Under the pieces are notes generated by a model. It ran no database searches and was not told where the DNA came from. It saw only the letters and a program-made list of their open reading frames with translations. From Bilabrum cf. latius (Eukaryota), in contig OZ237738.1 in NCBI GenBank assembly GCA_965178125.1, positions 1,364,001-1,428,000 on the forward strand: 64,000 bases of DNA, read 5' to 3'. Positions 21,401 through 33,610 of this stretch are shown in pieces. The translations under genes and the position numbers were made by a program. Each line of letters opens with the position of its first letter. Within the stretch, counting starts at the first letter, position 1.

Positions 21401-24400
21401 GCTTAGCCTTGGAAGAAGGTACTGCTGCGTCCTCAGCCAAGTCTGCCTCGACCGCCAGATGCCCTGCAGCCGCTTCCTCCTTGCCATCCTCGGGCAAAGC
21501 GGTGGCTTGTGGCGTTGCAACGCGTGAAGGGGGATGGCTTGCTGCGAATGAGGGACTCCCTGCCGCCGCATTGTCTGCGATTAGCTTTCCACCCGACTAG
21601 TGCTCGCCAGCATCTTGCTGCTGGCTTTCGGTCTGCTGACTAGCATGGTCGTCGGGGACCGGCTCAGGCACGGCTTCAACTATGCCAGCCATATCATTCA
21701 AGACACTGGCAGCAAGACCCTCATTTTCCGTCTTGATTGTCCCAACGGAGCCTTCTACTGCCGCAACAGTGCGAGAGGGTAGCGTGCTATCGTCTGTCTA
21801 AGCCGCTTTTGTCACGCTATTTAGGGCTTGCCCGCTGGAATCAGGCGAACGAAGTGCAGCTCCAGCAACTCCAGCCGCATCTACTGGCGCGCCCTCTCCT
21901 TCTCGCTCCGATCCTCCATCGCCCGGCATAAGGGACTTGGACGGCCCCTACTCGGAGCGCTCGTGCATTTGCTCAGCTACTTGGGTCGTGCCGCCGGTAG
22001 ACGCGTCACTCGGCTGGACGCCACCTTCAAGTGCGGGCCCCTCCGCATTGCCAGCTGGTGCACTAGCAAGGGAGTCAGCACCTGCTTGAGGCTGCACCGA
22101 CTGTTGGGCCTCACTGTGAGCTTGGGTAGCACCCGAACTAGCATCCGCATCAACGGAATGCGATTCGCTTGCATCTGCGATTGGGCTAAGGCTAGCTGTG
22201 TCCGAGGCAGTAGTGCTTGCCGCCGATGCGCTGTTTACTGCTTGCTCACCAGCGACAAGTCCAGTCAGATCCACCAACCGGCTGCTGCTGCTGCCATCGT
22301 TCTCACCCAGAGAACTATCTCTTGCAGCACCCTCTACCGCGGGCTCACTCTCTGGCTGGTGCCCCCCCGCCCCCCCATGTCCCTATATTTGCGCCTCCGC
22401 GCCAGCAGCTTCTTCTTCGCCAATCGCAACCGCAATGCTGACACCCACCGCCTCGGTGGCCTCGTCCTCGTCCTCGTCCTCCACCTCGTCCTGCTCGTAT
22501 ATGTTGGCCAGGTCTTCCTGCACTGCTTTGAGCATCTCCGCTTCGATGTCTGCCTCCTGCTCGAACTTTTGGGTGTGCGTGCGCCCGTACACGCTGAGCG
22601 TGGTCATGGTGCACATGTCCTCCAAGCCGTGATACGACTCCCACTCCAGCTTGAGGAACCGGGCCTCAGCTGAGTGCGCCGTGCGGAAGACCTGCTCCTC
22701 CCTCGTGTCCTTGGCCTCGAAGTAGCCGATCTGCACCCAGTCGCTGCCCCCCTTGTCCATCCCCGTGTACACTCGGAACCTGCGCACGCCAGACGCGTGC
22801 CGCTCGCTGTTGGAGATGGCGACCAGATCCACGTGGATGTCGCTGCCTAGACGCACAAGCACCCATTTTTCCTGCTAGGTACAGTCCGCCATTGCGTACT
22901 TATCTTGCTGTCGGTCCAGCAGGTTAGCTGCGTTGTGAAAGGAGGGCGAGCTGGCGGTCAGCTCGGCACCCACAGACGACGCCGCGAAGTTGATCATGCC
23001 CGTCTCAGACGCAGAGTCGTCCTCAGGTCCCATTGGCTCGGCAAAGGGCAGGGGCGTTGGGGCTGCTTCCGAATCTTCATGCTGCTCTGCTGGTGCTGCA
23101 GCTTCTTTTGTGGCATCGGAGACAGCTGCAGGATGATGCTTCTCCTGACCACCGAGAGACACTTGCTATGGTTCAGCTGAAATTCCTGCGTCAGCGCCGC
23201 CCGAAGATTCCTCGACCGGCTCTTCGCGGTCGTTCGCCTCGCCATCCTGCACCAGCCCGCCCTCTCCCAATACGCCCATGCCTTCCTCCCCCGCGTCTGC
23301 TGCCTGGCTATCGTCTGCAACGATGTCCCTTGCGCCAGCAGCAGTAACTTCCTCGCCTGTATCCGCTGGCTACTTCCCAGTCAAATTCTCATCGCTGGCA
23401 TCGTTCGACTTCTGCATCGCTTTCGAGTCCCCAGAATGCTCGGCTTCAAGGTCGGGGGCAGCAGCAGTAGCATCAGCACCGACACCAGCACCGACACCAG
23501 CACCAGTACCAGTACGGCTGGGGGCGACGGCAGCTGCGTTGCCCTAATTCCCGCTGCTCTGTCTCGGCTCTGCAAAACTGTGATCGGAATCCTCCGACTC
23601 AAGCTATGGCTGCGCCTCTGATGCATCACTGGCTTGCTAGTTCGAACCGGCCGTACTGGTACTGGTACTGGTACTGGTACTGGTACTGGTACTGGTACTG
23701 GTACTGGTACTGGTACTGGTACTGGTACTGGTAGTGGCAGTAGTTTCGGTGGCGCTGCCATTGGCAACAATTGAACCCTTGCGTATACTGGCCTAGTCGC
23801 CGCGCTCTTTTCCCAAGCCTGGATTTGGCCTAGCACTCTCAGCCGTGGGCTGCACGCCACCGGCCCCTCCGCCCTCCACCTTCCGCCCGTGGCGCCCACC
23901 CTCCTCATCCTCCTCCTCCGCATTTAGGCCATCGGAATCGGCGGTACTCTTCTGCGACTGCCCCACCTTGGGCGGAGAGTGCTAGGCTGAATTAGAGTCC
24001 GTCTGACCTTGCGACACCATAATGTCATTTCCAGCGACAGTCGCGCTATCCGAACTAGCCATCGACCAGGACACTGGTTGCCCAGTTACACGTGTGGGGG
24101 CTGCGCCTTGTGGTTCGCGCGGTTCGGATGATGTTCCATCAGTCTATTGCATACAAAGCATGGGATCTAGCGGCGGATTTTCTTGACTTGCGTCGCTCGT
24201 AGATTCCTATCGTTGCTCTGCCGCCACGTTGACGGCGCTTGGTGAGGCGGTGGTGACGATGCTGCCTGAGCGCGCTGGGTACTGCATTGAGCTCTATTCC
24301 ATAGCACTCGCATGCGCGAACTGCTAACCCATGTCATGATTCGTTGCAGCGGTTGCCTCAGACAAGATTGCCTCTTGAGATGACAGCTGATTGAATGCAC

Positions 24401-24658
24401 CTTCACCCTTGGGATTTTGCTTGCTCTCGCTCTATCCTAGGTTTCTCTCGACAATACCAGCTTCTTCAGCATCGGCATGATTCGTTATTACAATGCCTGC
24501 ACTTCAAGAGCGGTACATCAATAATAATTCAAGGGATGCGGCTGCAGCCTGGAGGCATCCGATAACACCAAAGTCCGTTCGGGCTCACCAACAACAAGCG
24601 CTGTCATAATTCCTATTCGGCACCATTCTCTGCATATTCCGGTTGATTGATTTTTCAT
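18447..24658 (-). CDS. Mid-SUN domain protein (SUCO/SLP1-like), ~2,040 aa; exons 24589-24658 and 18447-24496
   Basis: SUN domain INFAASSVGAELTASSP...ARFLKLEWESYHGLEDMCTMTTLSVYG (~22570-23000), then coiled coil (LLSRITALQKDHVTLYRYV) and TM (GVLATLLVVGAVAGI). Hydrophobic N-terminus after splicing. Nine track ORFs share one frame, separated by TAG; TGA stop at 18447. Confidence 0.8.
20165..20233. repeat. 21-bp coding tandem repeat, three copies (GVREGGT) inside the SUN gene
   Basis: CCTGTGCCCCCCTCTCGAAC(C/T) occurs three times in tandem. Confidence 0.85.
23654..23733. repeat. (GGTACT)n hexamer repeat, ~13 copies, encoding (Ser-Thr)n in the SUN gene frame
   Basis: Perfect hexamer repeat; the minus strand reads AGT ACC in the gene frame. 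Confidence 0.9.
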
Positions 24659-24971
24659 GACTAAAGGGACCAACTTCGACCTGAAGGCGAATTATTAGGT
24701 CGAAATGCGTTGGTCCACTTCGATGTTCGTGGAACGTTCGATGCGAGTGAGAAAGGTTCGCTTTGCTGGATGACGGGGACACGACATGGCGCACACTGCG
24801 CGGACTAGACCCTTCGCGAAACCTCTCTACAGTCATAACCCAACCTCAATTGTTGGAATTCTTTTCGGGTCGTCCCGACCGTACTTGTCTAGCTTGTCTG
24901 CCGTATCTGCACGATAAGCTACAAAGCCTTTCGGAATGCGCGGAACCAGAGAAGTAGAAGAAACGGGGGTC

Positions 24972-26360
24972 ATGGACAACACGGGTTTGCTAAGTGACGC
25001 TAGTAGAGACGCCAGGGATGGAGAGAAGCCGTACGAGCAGCTAGAGCGGGTGCGGCGGGCCGAAGACTGGCAAGCTTTCCTCGTTTCAGCTGGTGCAGTT
25101 GCCGCGATGCTCGTATTTGCGATCATTGTCGCATCGATACCTAGCTTGCGAGATTCCCATCTTGAAAAGGAGGTGGGCAAGGAGTGGAACATGCTGATAT
25201 CTTTCTGCGGCTGGTTCGCGTTCGCGGCCTGGTCCATTTCATTTTATCCTCAGACTGTGTAGAATTTCGTGCGTGGCAGCGTGGTTGGGATGAACTTCGA
25301 CTACTAGCTGTACAATTTGTTCGGATTCGGGGCATACTCGTTCTACAACTGCGCCTTTTTCTTCAACAGTGCGATCCAGCACATGTACGAGGGGCACCAC
25401 AGCGGGGCGCACAGCGACGTCGCCTCGAACGACGTCTTTTTTGCCCTGCACGCCGAGGTGCTGACCGTAATCACCATGTTTCAGATTTATTTCTACGAGA
25501 AGGGCGACCAGCGGTTCACCATGTTCGCCATCGCGCTCGTCATCCTGCTCACCGCGGGTCTCGTCATTTACGCCGGCATCGTTGGCGGGAACGTGGCGTC
25601 TGACTGGCTTGAGCTCCTCACTGTCGTGGGTTGGTGCAAAGTGGGCATCTCCCTCCTAAAGTACATGCCACAGGCCTACATGAACTGCGTGCGGGGCACC
25701 ACAGACGGCTTCAACGTGTACAACGTTCTGCTGGACTTCACGGGCGGCTCCTTCAACGTGGCGCAGCAGGTGATCCCGTGCATCCTGACGGGGTCCTGGG
25801 ATGGAATCGCGGGGAACAGCGCGAAGTTTGGGCTGGGTATGGCTTCCATGGTCTTTGACACGATCTTTGCGGTGCAGCACTACATCCTGTTCACCCGCCG
25901 CAACGAGCTGTACATATTCGCGAGATCTGCCTCTGGCCTCATGAAGCCTCAAGACAAGGAGGCTGTGCTAGGACTCATGGCAAGGGACCGCATGGATGAT
26001 CTCAGGAACTCTGGGTTGCTGGCCCCCTACGTGCAGCCTGGAGCAGGGGGTGCGCTGGAGGGGTACGGGTCCAGTGGTGGGGGTGGCCGTGGCGGCGCCG
26101 ATGAGGGGGGGGAGGAGGGGGGCATGTCTCCTCTAGGGGACGAGACGGGGCTTCTTCTTGGGAGGAATAGTCTAGGGGGAGAGTCCAAGCTGGATGACAG
26201 GCTCAGTGCCAATGCGGGGGCCAGGTCATTGGGTGGTGGTCGCGCTTCGGCTGGTCGGCCAGGCGTGGACACGAACAGCCTCGGAGTTGGAGGGACGGTG
26301 GAGGGGCTGGGCAGCTCGCTGGACAGCCTGGAGAGTGGGAGTGGACGCCCCTTCCACTGA
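24972..26360 (+). CDS. CTNS: Cystinosin-like PQ-loop lysosomal transporter
   Basis: AWSISFYPQ, SVVGMNFDY, NDVFFALHA, KYMPQAYMN, NVLLDFTGG, KFGLG, QHYILF. In-frame TAG at 25260 and 25305; TGA stop. An alternative in-frame start lies at 24936. Confidence 0.9.
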
Positions 26361-26634
26361 TGTGGCCCCCCGTGACGATCGGATCGGATCGGATCAGATC
26401 GGATCAGCAAGTTCGCTGCAGCCGCAAGGCTCAGACCCTCTCCTCCTGCCTGCTGGATGGTGAAAGTACACGTTGCTTCCTTGTGCGGGGAGGGGTAGAG
26501 GTAGCATTGCGTGCAGTGGGCTTGCGTTAGCTTTTTGATTGTGCCAACAGTGCATGTGAATCGTGCGAGCCGTTTGATACACCCACACAGCATTAGAGAC
26601 CCATGGTGGTTACTGGTCAGACAGAACGATCTAT

Positions 26635-27485
26635 TTACAGGATCATGCACATGCCTCCCGTAGTGACTGGTGGCGTGTCATCCTTCATCTTGTCAGAGTA
26701 GGCCACAGTGGTGCCCGCCCCGAACACTGCCTTGCCTCCCTCCCCCTTGGTGGGGTCAATGGCCTCCTCCAGCACGCGCATGGTGAGCGCTTCGAAAGCC
26801 TCGGACACGTTGATGTCCTCCTTAGCGGAGCACTCGATGTACTGCGCCCCCCAGTCCCTCGCCTTCTTCTCGGCCTCGGCCTTGAGCACGCTCCGGTCCT
26901 CGTCCAGATCGCACTTGGCTCCCACAAGCAGGATGGGGAGCCTCTCGCCTGGCTGGGCCTTCTGAATCTTCTCATATACTTCGTCAAGTGCAGCAAATGA
27001 AGGGTCATCCTTGATGTCAAATACCAGCATGTAGCCATCGCCAGATGCCAACTTTTCGTCTCGCACCGACTCGTAAGCCTACTACCCAGCTGTATCGTCA
27101 ATTTCCAGGTGTCTCGGGGCACCCTTTAGCTCAATATCTTTGGTGTACATGTCTCCGATGGTCGGGTTGTACTGCAAACGATAGAGTCAGAACAGTTGGG
27201 GGACGAGAAGGGTCGAGGTGGGTTGCAATCGACGAAGTCAGCGAATTGCCGCGTCCAGACTTGGCTCACATCCGTGTCGAACATGTCACTTGTGTATCGA
27301 ACTACCATAGCCGTCTTTCCTACGCCACCTTTCCCCATCAAGACGAGTCTGCGAAACGTTTCGTGGCCAAGAAAGAGAATAGCTGTGGTCGGCGGCACAG
27401 CCTACGTGCTAACCCATACAGCCAATCAAAACCAAGTATTAACACACATAACCTCAACATTTAGTCCTTACTTGATTGCTGACAT
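26635..27485 (-). CDS. Ras/Rap-family small GTPase, ~209 aa; exons 27472-27485, 27270-27348, 26635-27171
   Basis: KLVLMGKGGVGKT (G1), YNPTIGD (G2), DTAG** (G3; TAG at 27082 and 27079), AKCDL (G4), ECSAK (G5), and CaaX CMIL directly before TAA. Confidence 0.92.
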
Positions 27486-27594
27486 CTCGTATCGTATCAA
27501 AGTGCCGTTCAGGCAAAACTCCGATTTATTCCTCGAAAAGGATAATGCAACGTAACAAAGTCGAAATTTGATTTCAAAACATTCCAGGAGTACT

Positions 27595-29650
27595 ATGGCA
27601 GCAGTAGGAGGTGCAAGCTCTGGCTCTGGCGCTTCAACTGATCCATCGAGTACGTCGGGCAAGTCAGGAGCCGACGCAGCTTCGTCTCTGTCTGGGAAAG
27701 TATCTTTCTCGTACGAACCTGAGGACGGCGGCGACGGGTACTCTCTTCAGGACCTATTCAAAAAGCAAGGGTGCATTGGATACACATACGATGATGTAAT
27801 TTTGCTGCCTGGTAAGTTCTGTCCAGGATGGACCCTTCATGCCACTATCCAAGGCAGACAGGGCTGAAGATTCAGCCGCCGCTGTTCCTCTTTCTGTTGC
27901 ACTTCGCGTGCAGAAGTTACTGGCAGTGCTTGCAGGCATAATGTGGCCGCAAACCCATAAACGTACTGGTTCGTTCTTCCCACTGCTTTGCATCGCAGGA
28001 TTCATTGATTTTGGAACGGACGATGTTGACTTGTCCACTAACCTCACTAGAAACATCAAGTTGCAGACGCCGCTTATCTCGTCTCCTATGGATACGGTGA
28101 CTGAGAAGGAGATGGCTATCAACATGGCCCTTCAAGGCGGAATTGGAATCGTGCATTACAACAACACGATCGAGGAGTAGGCAGCCGAAGTGCGTAGCGT
28201 AAAGCGGTACGAGAACGGGTTCATCAGCAACCCGCTGTGCCTCGCGTGAGACATGCGCCTCATTGCGTGCACGGGCGACACATCCGCATGCACCAATCAC
28301 ATGTCTCGTATTGATTTTGACGACCTGCCGATCACCCATCGGGGCGTCCCTCCTCTCGCTGCAGCCCACACCACAGTGCTGCACTGCACTGAGCTGACCC
28401 GCATGCGCGGCCTCCCTCTCCCCCCCCAACCGCTCGATGCCTTCCCCTATCCCCGCTCTCTGATATTCTGCCCACGTCGCAGCCCAAGCCACACGGTGGC
28501 AGATGTGGAAGAGCTCAAGAAGAGGCACGGCTTCTCCGGCTTCCCCATCACGGAGGACGGCAAGATCGGCTCCAGGCTGCTGGGGATGGTCACCAGCCGA
28601 GACATCGACTTCAGGAGCGAGAAGGACACCCCCCTGTCCGAGGTCATGTCCACGGACCTGGTGGTGGGCGAGGAGGGCATCTCCCTGCGGGACGCGAACC
28701 TCATCCTGCGGGAGAGCAAGAAGGGCAAGCTGCCCATCGTCAACACCAACTACGAGCTCGTGGCCCTCACCTCACGCACGGACCTCAAGAAGAACAGGGA
28801 CTTCCCGCTGTCGTCCAAGGACGAGGGTGGCCAGCTGCTGGTGGGCGCCGCCATCGGCACGCGGCCCAAGGACAGGGAGAGATGTGCCGCCTTGGTCAAG
28901 GAGGGTGTGGACGTGATCGTGCTCGACTCGAGCCAGGGGGCCAGCATGTACCAGCTCGAGATGATCAAGCACATCAAGGCCACGCACCCGGGCCTGGACG
29001 TGATCGGCGGCAACGTGGTGACCAGGGCACAGGCGCTGCGCCTGATCCACGCCGGGGTGGACGGTCTGCGGGTGGGCATGGGCGTGGGGTCCATCTGCAC
29101 CACGCAGGAGGTGTGCGCGGTGGGGCGCGCGCAGGCGTCGTCCGTGTACCACGTCAGCAAGGCTGCCTGGGAGGCGGACAAGGTCCCTGTGATCGCTGAC
29201 GGCGGGATCGGCAACACGGGCCACATCACCAAGGCCCTTACCCTGGGTGCCTCGGTGGCCATGATGGGAAGCATGCTGGCGGGAACGGAGGAGGCCCCCG
29301 GGCAGTATTTCTTCCAGGATGGAGTGCGGCTCAAGAAGTACAGGGGCATGGGCTCCATCGAAGCGATGACCAAGGGGAGCGCCAAGAGGTACTTTGGCGA
29401 GCTGGCGTCGGTCAAGGTCGCGCAGGGAGTGTCGGGGGCGGTCGTGGACAAAGGCACCATGCGGAGGTACATCCCCTACCTTGTACAGGGCGTCAAGCAC
29501 GGTTTCCAGGACCTCGGGGCGCGGTCCATCGCGCACCTCAGGGAGATCAGGGAGGCGGGCAAGCTCAGGGGGGAGCTTCGGTCTGCTGCGGCCTAGAAGG
29601 AGGGCGGCGTGCACGGGCTGTACACGTACGAGAAGAGGCACTTCGGGTGA
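27595..29650 (+). CDS. IMPDH: Inosine-5'-monophosphate dehydrogenase; exons 27595-27811, 27999-28245, 28483-29650
   Basis: [20 protein letters not shown], a CBS pair, catalytic [30 protein letters not shown] at 28178 (NNTIEE*AAEV) and 29594 (SAAA*KEGGVH); TGA 29648-29650. Confidence 0.96.
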
Positions 29651-29734
29651 GGCCATGGGGCGTGCACGGGCTATTATTTTTCACTTGGTTCGGCTGCATG
29701 CATGCTATAGATCCTCTTAATTGTCGTAGAATAC

Positions 29735-29756
29735 GTGTGTGTGTGTGTGTGTGTGC
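29735..29756. repeat. (GT)n dinucleotide microsatellite
   Basis: Visible between the convergent IMPDH and derlin 3' ends. Confidence 0.85.
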
Positions 29757-29873
29757 GTGCGTGCATTCCCAGACACGCCGTGCTAATTGCATACCTGTTG
29801 GTTCGAAAATACGATTCACATCAAGGAGCATACACCCTACATCCATAAATCAATCTACCTTACGATCGATCAA

Positions 29874-30856
29874 TCAATCCACGGCCCGCCGAGCCGCGCC
29901 CCTGAAGGCCCCCCCGTCGTTGGCGGCCCCGTGCACCCCCTGCTGCACCCAGCGGCCCGCTCTCTCCACGGGGGGCAACTCCCCGCACAGGTCGTACACC
30001 CAGTGGGGGGTGTACAGGAGCCTGTAGCTCTCGTTGTAGTTGGGCAGCACCTCGATGAACACAATGTAGATGTAGGCGGCCGCCAGCCCGAGCAGGTCCA
30101 GCACGGGGTTCTGGCCGGTGACCACGGTGAAGGCCAGGAATATCCAAGGCAAGTACGAGGACGGAAACGGGCCGACTGCGAGTGGGGTGCAAGCACGGTA
30201 ACGCAAGGATCTACACTGTGCAGCAAAATCATGGCATTCGGACCGGTGTGGCCCATGTGGAGACCATCTCACTGAACCAGATTCGAGCCGGGGCGTCAGG
30301 GAAACGCCTCGAGTAAACGAAGATTGCGGCGAACAGCATGCTAAAGCTTAGCACGGGGAAACCCAGCAAAAAGCCACCAATGTGGAGCACGGCGGCGATA
30401 AACATGAGCATGAAGACGTAATCTCCTTGCTGTCCAGCTCGAGCGCCTCCTCCGGACGGGAACGGGTTCTCCTCCAGCGAACGGCTATACTGGTACAACA
30501 TGAACATCTAGAAGAGAAAAGTCATGCTGAATTTGCCTAAAAAGAAGAAGTTTGTCAGCAGCCTCCAAATCTGCGTTCAAGAACTTGGCACTTCCACGTG
30601 TTGAAGTACGCTTGATTGCCGCGCAAAACCGAGGCCATCCGAAGCCAACTATACCACAATAATTTACTGATATGAAACAATACCAGGCACATCGTCTTAC
30701 TTCGAATTTGTAGATAATTCTGTCCCAATCCACCACCAAGTAGGCCGGGCTGATGAGGCCAAAGTTAGCAAGGCATCCCGTCACGATCAGTGCGGCTAAC
30801 CAGTACCTAGTCACGACCGGAATCTATTGAATGAATTCACCTGGCGCAACTGCCAT
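29874..30856 (-). CDS. Derlin (Der1 family ERAD membrane protein); exons 30701-30856, 30273-30570, 29874-30175
   Basis: IPVVTRYW, FEIWRLLTNFFFLG, YSRSLEE, DYVFML, YLPW and a C-terminal SHP-box-like FRGAARRAV. TAG at 30824 and 30508; TGA stop. Confidence 0.9.
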
Positions 30857-31101
30857 TTCGATTCAAGCTGTGGCTTGGACAGATTGGTGGGTCCAACGTG
30901 CCACTCGTCATAATTCGCAGCCATACCGTGACGTGCCACGTCGCCAGAGCAGTTGCGAAAAAGATTCTTCCTGGTAAGATACGCGCGGCCCATGCCTCTT
31001 GGCAGCAACGTCCAGCCTAGACCGGGTCATGTGGCTACCAGAGCAGGCTGCTGGCACCGGCCAAACACCACACTGTGCACCATGATGTCCCACAAGCTCT
31101 C

Positions 31102-33469
31102 TCAGCTCTCCTTGCCGGCAGCACCGCCAGAGGCTGCGGTACCCGCCCCCGCTTCCTTCTCCTTGCCCTCCCCTTCCTCCTCCTTCCTAAGCTCCTCCAG
31201 CGCCGCGATGGCGGTCGCCCCGGACGGCAGCTCGCTCAGCGACCAGGCACGCGCCCAGGACCCGATGGGCTTGGCAGACGCTAGGGGGACCGCAGTGAGG
31301 TCCGAGGAAGAGGCCTTCCGGGTGGTGGCCAGGTGCCTCGCCATCAAAAAGGCAAGCTCCATGGACTGCGCGTAGTTCAGCCGCGGGTCGCAGTAGGTCG
31401 TGTACCGCCTGGGGAGGTCCGATTCCTTGAGGCCCTGAGGGCCGCCCGTGCACTCGGTCACGTTCTCCCCCGTGAGCTCAAAGTGCACGCCGCCCAGCCG
31501 AGTGCCCATCGCGTCGTGGATCTCGATGGTTTGCCGCAGCTCTGACACGATGTCGTCGAAGTTCCTCGTCTTGAGGCCGTGCGTGGCCGCCTTGGTGGTG
31601 TTGCCGTGCATGGGGTCGCACGTCCACACGGGCTGCAGCCCGCTGGCCTTGACGGCGCGGATGAGCGGTGGCAGCAAGGAGTGCACCTTTGAGGCCCCCA
31701 GCCGCGTGATGAGGACGATCTTGCCGGGCGTTGCCTTGGGATCCGCCCACAGTGCCTCGATGAGGGGCACCAGATCATCAGGCTTCATGGAGGGCCCCAC
31801 CTTGATGCCGATGGGGTTGGCCACGCCTCGGAAGTACTCGACGTGTGCGTGGTCCAGCTGCCGGGTCCTGTCCCCGATCCAGATGAAATGCGCGCCGAGG
31901 TTGTAGTACTTCTTGTCCTTGCCCTCTGCCTTTGAGGCCGAGGAGGAGACAGAGGCAGCAGGTGCCGCACCGCTGCCGGTACCGGTACCGGAGGAGGCAC
32001 CATCGATGGGAAGGCCCACATCCCCTGCCTCTGCCTCCTCTTTCTTGGCTTCCTCCTATGCGGCGGCGGCAGCTTCCGCGCCCCCTGCAGCAGCCCCTCC
32101 TGCGTCCACACCGCCCTTTGCACCTGGCACGGCCGGTCCCAGGGGATCCACGGTGTAGGACTTGCCCGAGGCAGCCGGGCTGACTCCCCTCGTGAGCGCC
32201 GACTCGTACTCGAGGTGGAGGCCCTCGTGGGAGGAAAACAGGTCGACCGTCTTGATCGTCTGCTGGTCGTCGCCCACGCCCGCCACCCGCATGAACGCGA
32301 GCGCGCTGAGCATGTGGTCCACCATGTCCTTGTACTGCGCCCGGAGGTCCTCGTCCTGCACGAAGCCCAGGTCCCAGTGCCCCGCGTCGTGGAGGTCCGC
32401 AAACTGCCCAGCGAGGAGGGCCCGCGCGTAGTTGAGGGTGGCCGCCGAATGGAAGTAACCTTGCACTAGCCTCTCGGGGTCGGGCACCCTGTTGTCAGGG
32501 TCATAGCCATTCACGTTGTCGCCACGGAAGGAGTGGACCGTCTCTGCGCGCGAGAAAAGTTTCACCGGGGCAGCGACTTGAAATGCAGCGAAATGGCGGC
32601 GGGTACCGAGGCAGGCATCGATAATGCGTTTAACAGCCTATCTCATATCAAGCATTGTGCTCTTCCGGGCAGCACCGCATTAATCGCTGACAAGTTGCGG
32701 CCGTATCTCACTGCCGTCGACAACTTCAGTTGGGCTGCTTCTCGGCTTGGAGAACTGTCCGGCCATTCTGGCAATGCGTAAGGTTGGGATACGGGCACCC
32801 CAAGTTAAAACCAGCGACATTTGCAGGAGAATCTTAATCTTCTTCTCGATTGGCTCCGAGGAGCAATCCTGAAACCTCTCCGCACAGTCTCCGCCCTGCA
32901 GCAGGAAACGCTTTCCCTCCGCGACTTCATGCAGCTACGCTCGCAACCTATCGATTTCGGTTGGAGAAACGAGGGGTGGCAACCGACGGACTGCGGCGAG
33001 ATAGCGAGCAGAGAAGAATCGATTGCACGAGTGGATTTTTTACAAACCATTGGACTACTTTAGCCAGAGGCAGCAACAGCAGGGGTCATGCAGCTTGTCA
33101 ATCACTACATAAAGCTCATTATAGCGATTGATCGGCCTGTGTTGTCACTGGCTTAGCCAATTGCTTCAGTAGGTATGACTCAGGCAAGGCCGAACAACTG
33201 GGCCACAAGCGATTCTCTCGGCCTTGGTGCAAATGCCTTCCGCGAACCAAGGAATCCCGTGATTATCGAAGCAGTTATTGCAAAATTCATTCGAAAAGGC
33301 TGGCCGCCTACATCTTCGCGAAATATGATATGCAGCAGCTGGAGATGCTTCGCAAAATCTCCTCACCTCGTTCCAACGACTCCCCCAGTGCCTTTTTATC
33401 CTCGTATGGTGGCTGCTACTTGACGGGCTTGCTTCTCCAGGAGTCTAATGTCCAGCCGGGAGCAGACAT
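31102..33469 (-). CDS. Class II DAHP synthase (phospho-2-dehydro-3-deoxyheptonate aldolase); exons 33367-33469, 32712-32990, 31102-32543
   Basis: DSWRSKPVK*QPPY, LPPLVS, FLLQGGDCAERF, RMAGQFSKPRS, SFRGDNVNG, SHEGLHL, AHFIWIGDRTRQ, CDPMHGNT, GGVHFELTGENVTEC, CDPRLN. TAG at 33416, 32935 and 32056; TGA stop. Confidence 0.95.
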
Positions 33470-33610
33470 ACTATTCAGAAATCACGGGTGATTGGTGTAC
33501 GGTCTCCTCGGCGCATGCCCCGCCCGGCCGGTTGTAACCTTTCAAGTTGACGCTCGAATCAGGCTTCTGCCCCTCTTCTGCATAGAATCTAAATCTTAAG
33601 TCCAAACGAA

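Noticed and set aside
20165-23733. Short direct repeats as a CRISPR array
   Set aside because: They are head-to-tail coding repeats with no unique spacers, there are no cas genes, and the context is eukaryotic.
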